A DNA stretch of 64,000 nt from Octopus bimaculoides (Eukaryota): positions 72,600,546 through 72,664,545 of the forward strand of contig NC_068991.1 in NCBI RefSeq assembly GCF_001194135.2. Reading direction: 5' to 3'. Below are positions 40,303 to 51,937 of this stretch, one piece after another. The number at the start of each line of letters is the position of its first letter. Within the stretch, counting starts at the first letter, position 1. The notes beneath the pieces were generated by a model. The model saw only the letters and a program-made list of their open reading frames with translations, had not been told where the DNA came from and made no database searches. The position numbers and the translations under genes were made by a program.

Positions 40303-40460
40303 GTAATAGTAATAATAATAATAATCCTTTCTACTATAAGCACAAGGTCTAAAATTTAGAAGGAGGGAACTAGTCGATTATATTGGCCCCAGTGTATAAC
40401 TGGTACTAAATTATTGACACTCTCCCCCGAAAGGAAGAAAGGCAAAGTCGACCACGGCGG

Positions 40461-40560
40461 TTCAGATTTTATACGGGGTGTATAAGACGACACCTAGTTT
40501 GGGGTGGGTGGGTGATGTTTTAAAGTTCAAATTCCATCCTGTACGCTGGTATATACGGTA
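40461..40560 (-). mobile_element. pogo/Tigger-like (Tc1-mariner) terminal fragment; mirror copy at 42392-42487
   Basis: TA-ccgtatatac terminus and ggggtcgtcttata subterminal motif typical of this group. Confidence 0.5.
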
Positions 40561-40904
40561 TACAAAATGAATTAAATGAGACATCCCAACACGGTGACAA
40601 CCACCATGGGGGGGNNNNNNNNNNCATCCCAACACGGTGACAACCACCATGGGGGGGGGGGGTCTATCAAGGAAGCTCATAGACTCTGACTATTGAGAAT
40701 ATATGCTCTTTCCGAAGCAGTCTCAATTTAAAAGTGTTAATGTTAATAGTAACCCAATCAAGCAGGCCGTTCTCTTCATTCTCAAGTCCTTTTCAGCAAA
40801 TTCATGCAAGGACAGCATTTCCCCCTCCTTACCATTACCATCGCCTTGGTAATGAAGACTTGGCCAAAGAGGAAAGTGACCGTCCTCAAGTATTTTAGTC
40901 TTGA

Positions 40905-41300
40905 TCTGCGTTAATTTCGGCATTTAGGTTAGACTTCGCCCCATCACTCAACGGCCTAAGCTTAATCCGGCACTAACGCTAGACTGCTCCCCCCTACGAC
41001 CGACGTTCAATCTGGCACTTAGACTACCTGCCCTCTTCCTCCAACCTACGTTTAATCCGGCTCTGAGGCTATACTTCCACCCTCCACGGCCTATGTTTAA
41101 TCCGGCACTAACGCTAGACTGCCCTCTCCACGACCGACGTTCAATCTGGCACTTAGACTACCTGCCCTCTTCCACCAACCTACTTTTAATCCGGTACTTA
41201 GGCTAGACACCCAACCGCCACGGCCTACGTTTAATCCGGCACTAACGCTAGACTGCCCCCTCCACGGCCGACGTTCAATCCTGCTCTTAGAAATAACCCC
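40905..41300 (+). repeat. Higher-order minisatellite: 43-47 bp monomers arranged A-B-C-A-B-C-A-B
   Basis: A monomers start at 40951, 41086 and 41220 (period 134-135 bp); shared core cctacgtttaatccggcact..gctagac. Confidence 0.9.
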
Positions 41301-41350
41301 TCCTCGGACGCTGCACAGTGTCAAGGATCCTAATAATGCTATCGCGATTC

Positions 41351-41625
41351 AGGACCATTTACTGAAAGAGCCTGGGTTTCAGTTGATCACAGCTTTGTCA
41401 TATTCTCCTCAAGGACCTATACAAAGTCAATGTAGGTATTTTCCAATGAAAACTGGATCTCTTCTTGTCGAGAACACCAGACGAACCTACCTCGAAGTAA
41501 GAGGTGAAATGAGGTTGCGACATCAAACTCCCTTATTCACGAGATGCCACATACAAGAGGATGCTCTCAATAATAACAGTGTAGCATAATGGCGGTGCCC
41601 CAGCATGGACACAGTTTTGAGCTGA
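41351..41625 (+). mobile_element. CR1-group LINE 3' fragment (dead)
   Basis: RTIY*KSLGFS*SQLCHILLKDLYKVNVGIFQ*KLDLFLSRTPDEPTSK, matching the FK.KLD.FL..VPDEP C-terminus of CR1-like ORF2. Confidence 0.65.
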
Positions 41626-41630
41626 AGCTA

Positions 41631-41662
<32 letters not shown>

Positions 41663-41665
<3 letters not shown>

Positions 41666-41721
41666 GCAGGAGTGGCTGTGTGGTAAGTAGCTTGCTCACC
41701 AACCACATGGTTCCGGTACAC

Positions 41722-41757
<36 letters not shown>

Positions 41758-41968
41758 ATGTTTGTGTGTCTGTGTTTGTGCCCCTAACATTGCTTGACAA
41801 CCGATGCTGGTGTGTTTACGTCCCCGTCACTTAGCGGTTCGGCAAATAGAGACCGATAGAATAAGTACTAGGCTTACAAAGAATAAGTCCCGGGGTTGAT
41901 TTGCTCGACTAAAGGCGGTGCTCCAGCATGGCCACAGTCAAATGACTGAAAAGAGTAAAAGAGTAAAA
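41663..41968 (+). mobile_element. Young family B SINE with internal deletion
   Basis: gacgcaggagtggctgtgtggtaagtagc head; aagagtaaaagagtaaa tail; core replaced by microsatellite. Confidence 0.9.
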
Positions 41969-42729
41969 TTATTGATTTATTTATTTATACATATATAATT
42001 GCCACCACAATGTGGCGGAACCATAAGGTCGACGCTACTGTTGTTTATAGCCCAGGAAGACATCTCCTCCAGCTGTCTAACGACACACTGTCTGTGTCCG
42101 ATTAGTATTCGCGATGGGAAATTATCATTCTCATCACTAGCCTTACGTGTAACACATAGACCCGGCTTTCTGGGTAGCAGCTCGCCTCCAACGTGTGACA
42201 ATCATCCACTAGCGATGAGAACTCATTCCGTACTCAAAATACTATATGCTCTTTCCAGTGACAAACTGTCGCTGATCTCGAAAAAGGAGAAACGAGCAAT
42301 AATAAATCTCTGAGCGAGACGTAAACAGTTGCGAAGTCTAGCCTAAATGCCGGATTAAACGTAGACCAAGACTCATTTAATTCATTTTGTATACCGTATA
42401 TACCAGCGTATAGGATGGAATTTGAACTTTAAAACATCACCCCACCCAAACTAGGGGTCGTCTTATATGCCCCGTATAAAATCTGAATCACCGTGGTCGG
42501 CTTTGCCTTTCATCCGTTCGGAGGTTCATAAATTAAGGACCAGCTATGCACTGGGGACTATGTAATCGACTAGTCCCTTCCCTCAAAATTTCAGGCCTTG
42601 TGCCTATAGTAGAAAGGATTATTATTATTATTATTAGTTTTATTATTATTATTAGTTTTATTATTATTATTAGTTTTATTATTATTATTATTGTTAGTAG
42701 TCAGGTAGTAGTAGTAGCAGCAGCAGCAA

Positions 42730-42776
<47 letters not shown>

Positions 42777-44544
42777 ATAGTAGTAGTAGAGTGCCAGACA
42801 AACTGTTTTGCGGTATTTAGTTATTGTCTTTTAAAATATTTTGAGTTGAAATCCCACTTCCGAGGTTCACTTTGCCTTTGATCTTCCCAAGGTCAATAAA
42901 TGAAGTAATAGTCCGATGTTGTGTAACTCTATCTGATTTTAGTAAACGTAGGGAAATTGCTATCTCATACAACAGAGTTGACATGGTATTGTTAGATCTG
43001 TTTATGAACATATTGAAGGAAACTTGTTTTCCGGAATTATAGTTTTATTTAAATCTGCAAGGAGAGTTGTCTCCCTTGCAATTCGTTGGTAATATCAGAG
43101 TTTTCTCCCTTATAAATTTAGCGTTATTTTACTCTGGATTCATTTCCATAAATTTCCGAAGCAGCTTAGCACGACATAAATGGATTGAACATTGTGAAAA
43201 TCTTGGTCTGGTTGGTTTTGAGTTCAAATCATGTTGGGTTCGATAGAAATTGAACCAGGAAATCGATAATATTGGCACGAACCAGGAAATCAATAAGATA
43301 ACCAGAAACGTTTTATTGACTTCACCAAAAGAAATATTTACCGTAATTAATTGAAATTAAAGGAAAATTTGAGTTCTTCATTTAATTAAACCTCTTATCT
43401 TCTGCTTGTTTCAGCATTGGACTGTGGCCATGCTGGAGCACGCCTTAAACAATTTAGTCCAACAAATAAACCCCAGTACTTAATGTTTCAAAATGTTTGG
43501 TATTTATTTTATCGGTTCTCGTTTGCCGAACTGCTAAAGTAAGAAAACGCACACTAGTTGTCAAGCGATGGTGGTAGTTACAAACATTAAGACATACAAA
43601 CACATAATACATACATACACACACGCGTGTGCGCGACAGATTTCCACAGTTTTCCAAGGCTTTGGGTCAACCCAGGTAGAAGATACTTGCCCAAGGCGCC
43701 GCGCAGTTGAACCCGAAATCACATGGCTGCAAAGAGAACGTCTTAAAAGCACAGCCATGCCAACACCACAAAACATATTTTGAATTTAAAGTTATGCATA
43801 TTATCTATAAATTTCCTTACTTAATAAAATATATTATTTTAAAATTTAATTCAATTTTTATTTCTCTAAACATCTTTGCAATTTATCATATTTGTTTGGC
43901 GGATTAGAGGGTGTGGATTAGCAGCAGAAACATTAGGCAGCCGACGAAACGCTTAGTAACATTTCTTATGGCTTTATATATATTCAACTTCCACCGACAT
44001 CGACTTTGCCTTTCAGTTTTTCAGTGTTGATAAAATCAATGACCGCCCGGAACTGGAGTCGGTGAAATCTACTAACACTCTCCTTGACATTCGGGTCTTT
44101 TACTTATATTTCAAAGAATTATATCTAGGCCTTGTGCCTATATTTTGAAGGATTGTATCTATTTCCCAGATTTTGTGATTTTTATTCACGCTTCTCTCTA
44201 GTATTTTCTTTATATGAAATACGAAACTCTCACAATTGAATTGTTACAACAAAATGTGAGGTGAGCGTACATCAAGCGAGATGAAGCCGGGTCGCTGTCT
44301 AAACATACCAGATAATATTTAAACATCACTTATAGAGACCCTAATATATCAAATAGGTTGCAGGGCTAAAAAGTGTGGACCATTCGTATCCTGACAATGC
44401 CAGGGATCGGAACAAAGAAGATGAGGAAAAGAAATAATGAATGGCGTAAATCAAATTTTCTAAGTAGGTTCGGAGCAACTTCATGGTCCCGTGAAAAATA
44501 TTCTGGGGTTTTGACAGGTAAGGTGTCTTTTAATAATCATTACT

Positions 44545-44925
44545 CTTTACTCTTTTACTCTTTTACTTGTTTCAGTCATTTGACTGCGGCCATGCTGGAG
44601 CACCGCCTTTATAGTCGAGCAAATCGACCCCAGAGCTTATTCTTTGTAAGCCTAGTACTTATTCTATCGGTCTCTTTTGCCGAACCGCTAAGTTACAGGG
44701 ACGTAAACACACCAGCATCGGTTGTCAAACAATGCTGGGTGGGGGGCACAGACAAACAAACACACACGTCGTATATACATATACGACGGGCTTCTTCAAG
44801 TTTCCGTCTACCAAATCCATTCACAAGGCTTTGGTCGGCCCGAGACTATAGTAGAAGACACTTGCCCAAGGTGTCACGCAGTGGGACTGAACCCGGGACC
44901 ATGTAGTTCGAAAGCAAGCTACTTT
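44545..44925 (-). mobile_element. Young, near full-length family B SINE
   Basis: Colinear with 6611-7007 but with CpGs intact. Confidence 0.93.
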
Positions 44926-45219
44926 ATTTCATTTCATTCATTATAAGAAAATAATATAAATGTAGTGAGAGATATAAAAATCACAAAATGACAGGACAGT
45001 CACGGCTGGAGCATCGTTGATCATATTTGTCTTTGATCAGGACTGACCTGAACTAAACAACTAGAACAAAACTATTATTTTTCCCAGTGTACTCTTCAAA
45101 CAGAACTCAAACTTTTGTTCAATGATGTAAACCAAACTAATGTCAGCAGCTCTGCCGATGCCCCGCTGTGTCTTCTTACTAAACGTCAATCAACTGTTAT
45201 GTATAATGGTTTCAAATTA

Positions 45220-45400
45220 AAGATTATTCGCCAACATAACATGGCAGTCCAAGTTTAGGTCGAATGTTGCTGTAATTTAGCCCCAGGAGACATCGTCTCC
45301 AGCTGGCTATATGACACTATCTCTGTCCTTATTTAGGGCCAAATTACAGCAACATTAGTCCTAAACCAGGACTGCCATGTTACGTTGGCAAATAATCCTT
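45220..45400. repeat. Inverted repeat / MITE-like hairpin, arms about 58 bp
   Basis: attattcgccaacataacatggcagtcc...gttgctgtaattt vs aaattacagcaac...ggactgccatgttacgttggcaaataat. Confidence 0.8.
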
Positions 45401-45479
45401 ACTCTAGAGCACTGTTGCTAAATATCTCTCGTTGAGAGAGTAACAAATCGTAATTTTCTATGGTTTCAAATTCTTGCAC

Positions 45480-45650
45480 ATACCAGCAGTTTTTACGGCA
45501 GGGCGCCAATCAATTACATCAATCCGAGTACTCATAAAGTTGAAAGCGAAGTGGACCTCGGCGAATTTGAACTCACAATGTAGAAATCCGGAAGAAACGC
45601 CATTAAACATTTTATCCGGTGTCTTAACGATTCTGCCAGCTCGCTACCTT
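45480..45650 (-). mobile_element. Family A SINE
   Basis: gtggacctcggcgaatttgaactcac...ttctgccagctcgc. Confidence 0.8.
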
Positions 45651-46171
45651 TCTGTTATGTATGACATATAGCGTTTGTGTCACTCTGGTGTAGATAATAA
45701 TGAACTATTCTAGGGAACTTTCCGAAGTAGAGAGCATAATATACCGGTCTGTGTGTCTTAAATATTTTTCCAGAGTTCTATTACGGTAAGAGCATGTAGA
45801 ATATAATATATCGTCTTGTGTGTGTGTGTTGAATATATATTCAGGCTTCAATCACAGAGTATATACAACGAAAGCCAAGGGTCTGTATGTGTTAAATATA
45901 ATCCCTACAGTTGTTTTGCAGAATATACACAACAAAGTATATCGGTCTGTGTATGTTATATACGAAGCCAAACTTCTATTGCGGACGACAGAGCATATAA
46001 AGCACAGTGAGAACATTGACCAAGTGGTTTGGGTGTTGCGCGCACATCGCCAGATCGTGATTTCGATTCCTGGACCGGGAGATACGTTGTGTTCTTGAGC
46101 AAAACATTTCATCTCACGTTACTCTGCGATCATTTCGACACTGGACGTGTGGTACACCGAGAAAAGGTGAC

Positions 46172-46522
46172 GAGCTGGCAGAAACGTTAGCACGCCAAGC
46201 GAAATGCCTAGCGGTATTTCGTCTGCTGTGACGTTCTGAGTTCAAATTCCGCCGAGGTCGACTTTGCCTTTCATCCTNNNNNNNNNNTGTCCTTGTTTGT
46301 CCCCTCTATGTTTAGCCCCTTGTGGGCAATAAAGAAATAGGTATTTCGTCTGCTGCTACGTTCTGAGTTCAAATTCCGCCGAGGTCGACTTTGCCTTTCA
46401 TCCTTTCGGGGTCGATTAAATAAGTACCAGTTATGCACTGGGGTCGATATTATCAACTTAATCCCTTTGTCTGTCCTTGTTTGTCCCCTCTATATGTAGC
46501 CCCTTGTGGCTAGTAAAGAAAT
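46172..46522 (+). mobile_element. Two overlapping family A SINE copies across a 10-N gap
   Basis: Duplicate gagttcaaattccgccgaggtcgactttg blocks. Confidence 0.85.
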
Positions 46523-46762
46523 AACACCGAGAACCGGTTCAGATAACGTCGGTTTGATGGAGAGAGAGTGAGCGAATGTACAGCACAAGCATTTGCTCCT
46601 TGTAAACCTAGAAAATATCGTTCATACTTGTGTAGGTTGTTCAGCAACAAATCGCCGAACCGTCTTTCGAGGACTACGACAGTCTTCCGTCTTATAAAAC
46701 ACAATGTATTCGCTCTGTCTGTGTTAAATGTGTCTGCAAACTTCTACTGTAGAGTATACAAT

Positions 46763-46797
<35 letters not shown>

Positions 46798-46962
46798 TAA
46801 AAGTGTGAAGATGAAAGGCAGGGTGAAGTAGGTAGAAAGATGAATAGACAGCGATAGACCGAGAGAAATAGATACAAAGAAATAGATAAATAAAGAGAAG
46901 GAAAGAAACGAATAGAGAGCGAGAGAAAAATAGAGAGATACATAGAAAGAGAGAGAGAGAGA

Positions 46963-46999
<37 letters not shown>

Positions 47000-47361
47000 G
47001 AAATAGCGTTTTGGTATCTTAACTATTGAAATAGAACAAAAAAAGAAAAACGCAGGAAATCGATTCAATTAAAGGATTATGACGTCATAGTTGATAATTT
47101 TGAAATAAAAAAAAATTACGGAGCGATATATTTTTATGACCAAATGAAAACTTGAAAATATCATTGTATATAAAAGAAAGAGTGTTTAGAAATCTAGAGC
47201 CAGAAAGATCATTAATGTATTAACGCTATTGTCAAAGAGAATGAGAAGTAGGAATGGATTTGTAATGGAGATAAGTTAACGAATTTGCGAAGAAGGCAAG
47301 AAAGACAGGGCGACGTCGTTATAGACATCTTATCTTTTATATTTGATCAAATTTATTTTTA

Positions 47362-48055
47362 TCGATTAGTCACTGGATTGTGGCCATGCTGGAGCACCGT
47401 CTCAAAGCGTTTTGGTCGAACAAATCAACTCCAGTTCTTATTTTTTGAGCGTTGTACTTATCATATCTCCTCTTTTGCCGAACCGCTAAGTTACGGGAAG
47501 GTAAACAAACCAACATTAGTTGTATGCTGTCAACTTAATGTGATAGTCTCCTGAAAGGAATAATACTACTGTTGGTTAGACACCGGAAGCTTCACCGCTT
47601 CCTGTCGGCCTTGACACATTTCCTGTGTCCTTATGTTTACAAGGGGGAGACATAAGGACACAGGAAATGTGTCAAGGCCGACAGGAAGCAGTGCAGCTTC
47701 TTAGGTCTAACCAACAGTAGTATTATTCCCTTCAGGGGACTGTCACATTAAGTTGACAGCATACAACAACTTCATCATATCACTACTGCATAAATCTTTC
47801 TGAGACATTTAGAAATGTATTATTTCTAAACAAACATTAGTTGTCACCAGTGGATGAGGTGACAAACACAAACGCAAAGTCTCTCTCTCTCACACACACG
47901 ATGGGATTCCATACAGTTTCCGTCTGTTAAATTCACTCACATGGCAGCAGTCAGGCCAGGGCCATTGTATAAGTCACTTGCCTAAGGTACCGTACAGATG
48001 GACTGACCCAGAAACCACGTGGTTGTAAAGCGAGCTTCTTAATCACGCGGTCATA
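47362..48055 (-). mobile_element. Family B SINE interrupted by a palindromic insertion
   Basis: SINE tail half at 47362-47523 resumes at 47833 after a duplicated aacattagttgt. Confidence 0.75.
47519..47767. mobile_element. Near-perfect 249-bp palindromic element (MITE-like)
   Basis: gttgtatgctgtcaac...ccttatgt [ttacaagggggag] acataagg...gttgacagcatacaac; inverted, truncated second copy at 49214-49452. Confidence 0.85.
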
Positions 48056-48215
48056 CCAGCGACCTTCCAGTATCTTGTATATTTAAGAGGGAGTTAGTGT
48101 ATACAGCGATTTCCATGTTGGAGGCCCACGATTAGACACTAGTATTGGTGTGATAAGATCAACACTTGTTTATGCAAGACATCATAACCATCACTATAAC
48201 TATAATTATCTGTTT

Positions 48216-48256
48216 GTTGCCATGGTAACTATGGCAGCTGACAGTTTCAACTTCCG
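48216..48256. promoter_or_regulatory. RFX X-box plus adjacent ETS-type motif
   Basis: GTTGCCATGGTAAC (48216-48229) fits GTNRCC-N0-3-RGYAAC exactly; ACTTCCG at 48250-48256; located in non-repetitive-looking sequence. Confidence 0.45.
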
Positions 48257-48496
48257 TTGGTGAGGACACAGGACTCATTTCATTGACTAAAAATATACAA
48301 CTTTAAATGCTTCCATCTTGTTTATTAGTAATTTTTTGGCAATATTTGTCATCAACATGCAAATCTACATCTGAGCGAAAAATTTGAAAATAATCCATTG
48401 AGAATTGAAAAATCTTCAAGTGGTTAGAAGAAGAAAATGAAAAAAGATCCCAGAAGTAGAGAATTAATTCCTTGGAGATTAATCCTCGGTGTTAAT

Positions 48497-48704
48497 GGTA
48501 TGTATGTATGTATGTATGTATGTATGTATGTATGTATGTATGTACGTATGTATGTATGTATGTACGTATGTATGTATGTATGTGTGTATGTATGTGTATG
48601 TATGTATGTATGTATGTATGTGTGTGTGTATGTGTATGTATGTATGTATGTATGCATGAATGAATGTATGCATGTATGTATGTATGTATGTATGTATGTA
48701 TGCA

Positions 48705-48737
<33 letters not shown>

Positions 48738-48840
48738 CTATGTATGTATGCATGTATGTATGTATTCATGTATGTATGTATGTTTGTCTGTATGTAATGT
48801 ATGCCTTTAAGAATGTATGTATGTATGTATGTGTGTGTGT
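48497..48840. repeat. (ATGT)n/(GT)n microsatellite
   Basis: Direct reading. Confidence 0.95.
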
Positions 48841-48893
48841 CTCTCTCTCTATCTGTCTTCTATAGATTTATATAATTTGCTAAGGGAGAGAAC

Positions 48894-48925
<32 letters not shown>

Positions 48926-48936
48926 TAGAGAGATAG

Positions 48937-48971
<35 letters not shown>

Positions 48972-50259
48972 GAGTAATGGTAGAAGATAAAAAGAGTTTG
49001 AAACAACGTTCTAGTGACGTGATAGAGAGAGAGAAGAACCAGAAAAATATGTTTCAGTTAAAGTATCACGATGTCATACACAATATATCTTAAACATTTC
49101 ATACAGATTCCTTTACTGTATTCTCCATATTTTCCAATACTTTTCTGGATTAATGAAAGCTACAATTTCTTCAAAATGAGTTGGGTGGATCATTGTAAAA
49201 CAAAATACATCCAGTTTAGAAATAATACATTTCTAAATCTCTCAGAGATTTATGCAGTAGTGATACGATGGTGTAGTTGTATGCTGACAACTTAATGTGA
49301 CAGTCCCCTGAAGGGAATAATACTACTGTTGGTTAGACCTAGGAAGCTGCACTGCTTCCTGTCGGCCTTGACACATTTCCTGTGTCCTTATGCTTGTCTC
49401 CCCCTTGTAAACATAAGGACACAGGAAATGTGTCAAGGCCGACAGGAAGCGGCGCATATGTGTAGAAGTATGTACGGTGTGTGAGTGTGAGTGTGTGTAT
49501 GTGTGTGTGTGTGTGAGAGAGAGAGAGTGGGGAGGAAAGAAGGAGGGAAAGAAAGAGCAGGAGAGAGAGAAAGATAGTGAGAAGGGCAGATAGGATGGAG
49601 AGAGAGAGAGAGAGCGAGAGAGAGAGAGAGAGAGAGAAAGAGAAAAGAAAGGGAGAGACAGAGGCGAATAATATAGGAAGATATAAAATATTGATCTTGT
49701 ATCCTTGGGCAAGTGTCTTCTACTAGAATCTCGGGGCGAGTAAATTCGGTAGATAGAAACTGAAAGCACCCGCTTGTTGATTACTCACCTGTCTTTGTCT
49801 TTTGTTTTCTGTAAATTTGAACTACACACACACACACACATATATACACATACACACACATAGAAGATGTCTTTTCAGTTGAAGTATTATGACGTCATAG
49901 TTGACATAATCTTAAAAATTCAACTAAATCCTCGAAATAAATTCTCGATGTTTTCCTATATTTCGATGGAGAAACGAAAGCCGTAATTCCTTCAGAATGA
50001 GTTGATTGAAACTTTGTAGTCATGAAGCCCAGCCCCATTAGGGGCTGCATGACTACGTATCAGCGGTGTTTATTCCCTTATGAACAGTCTCAGTTCTTTA
50101 CCCCACCTTAATGTGTGTGTGTGTGTGTGTGAGACAGAAGGAGAGAGAAAGAGAGAGATATCAAGAGATATGAAAAGAGAGAGGGAGAAGAAGAGAGAAA
50201 GAGAGAAAGAGAGAAAGAAAAGATGGAAGGAGAGAGGTACAGTGAATGTCGTTGTTGGT

Positions 50260-50957
50260 GTTTTGACAATTGATGGAGAACTGTAGAAGATGCAGGGAAA
50301 TCCCTGTTTCATCCACAGAATTATGACGTCATAGATATTTTGAAAATAATTCCTCCAAATTCACCCACTATATTCTCAATATTTGCCAATATTTTATTGA
50401 ATAAATAGAATCTTGAATGTATTAATACTATGAACAATATGGCTGCAGTAAAAATACTCCAGAGAAGCTTTTTATATACTCAGTAATATGACTCCATGTA
50501 TGTTGAGAATGATTTTCGGCATAGAATGATGTTCCACAGTTTAATTTTCTTCCATATTTCAGGGACATCATTTAATTACACATTGATCGAAGCTTTTGTT
50601 GTTCTTTATCTCCAAGTGAGTTTTGATCAAACAAAAGTATGGCGAATGGCAACCCAGCAATGACTAGTCCATTTTATATTTACGCAATATGTAGATGCCA
50701 GACTATATTTTAAATGTGTCTTTCCCTGCTAAGGACAGTAAGGTATGATATAATGGCGACTTAGATTCCTCGTAGATACACTGATGGTCATGAAATATAA
50801 ACTCATTACGAAGTTTAGATTAATTGTTATGGATTATACGTGACCGCAGTGTTACTTTTTCGTAAATGATAACAGCTAAATTGTGAAATAATCTGCAAAC
50901 TAGAGAGCATAATTTATCTGTCTATCTATATGTGCCTTCGTCTATAGATTTATATAA

Positions 50958-50965
<8 letters not shown>
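50260..50965 (+). repeat. About 700-bp unit of a degenerate tandem array; paralogues at 54530-55110, 56480-57175, 61010-61675
   Basis: Shared blocks caattgatggagaac, atgacgtcatagatattttgaaa, ttgaataaatagaa, atgaacaatatggctgcag, acgcaatatgtagatg, cctcgt, tttttcgta; units usually end in (GA)n. Confidence 0.85.
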
Positions 50966-50997
<32 letters not shown>

Positions 50998-51937
50998 NNN
51001 NNNNNNNNNNNNNNNNNNNNNNNNNNNNNNNNNNNNNNNNNNNNNNNNNNNNNNNNNNNNNNNNNNNNNNNNNNNNNNNNNNNNNNNNNNNNNNNNNNNN
51101 NGGAGAGAGAGAGAGAGGGAGGGAGAGAGAGAGAGAGGGAGGGAGAGAGAGAGAGAAGCGCGTCTGCGAGAGAGTGAAAGAGCGCAAGAGAGAGGGAGGG
51201 AGAGAGATAACAATTCGGGAAAATAAATTATAAAATACCGTTCTTTCACCTTGATTGCGAGTGAACTAAAGAAGACGCAGGAAGATGTTTTATTGAGTTA
51301 AACTATTCTAACGTCACAGACGATATATTTTAAATAATTAATCAAATTCCTGACCCACAAATCAATGTTTTCTACTATTTCCTTGCGTTAAGAAAATCCG
51401 AATTTTTCATCAATATTGTAAACGTAAAAAAACATCCTGCCGTGACAGTCGAGCCTGTTGTGGGAGCTGCAAGAGTATATTATGTAGATGTGCCATCGCC
51501 ATTTGTAACTCAGCTTGATGTGATACGAGGGAGATTTGGCTGCTATTTCTAGCAGATGGATCGGCCACGTAGTTAACCACATTGGCTACCATAGTCACAA
51601 TTCATGCAAAATTAAAACGAAACGAACATCACTAAACGAACAAACTGTGTCGTAACGTGAAGCGTTCAAAGCAGTTTGAAAATATGAAAGGAGAATGGTT
51701 CAAGGGTGATAACTGAAAATGAAATCTTGTGTCGATCTCTTTGAGTTATCGTTTTTTCTAGAACAGAAAATTGGACCAAATTTATAAGCGGACTAAATGT
51801 TTGACCCATTGATTTCTGCTCGGAATAAGCAACTCTTTGTTTCATTGAAATGTCGGTATATGTTAAATAAGAATTAAGTAAAAAAAAATGTAAAACAAAA
51901 GTGAAATAAAAGAATTGGTGGATCAGATTACAAATTA

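Larger units (their letters stand above)
39120..43696. repeat. Large inverted duplication (foldback): arms ~39120-40580 (plus 40898-40940) and ~42331-43696
   Basis: Colinear reverse-complement match through a family B SINE, ~470 bp of non-SINE sequence, family A SINE pieces, a microsatellite and a pogo-like end; roughly 90% identical by eye. Confidence 0.92.

Noticed and set aside
40582-40660. Direct repeat catcccaacacggtgacaaccaccatggggg around a 10-N gap
   Set aside because: Most likely overlapping contig ends at a G homopolymer (assembly artefact)
40905-41300. CRISPR-like repeat-spacer array
   Set aside because: Monomers are contiguous and mutually homologous with no unique spacers; eukaryotic context; no cas genes
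41264-41589. About 100-codon open frame (DHLLKEPGFQLITAL...) resembling a P/THAP9 transposase C-terminus
   Set aside because: A different frame of the same DNA matches a CR1-like LINE C-terminus much better
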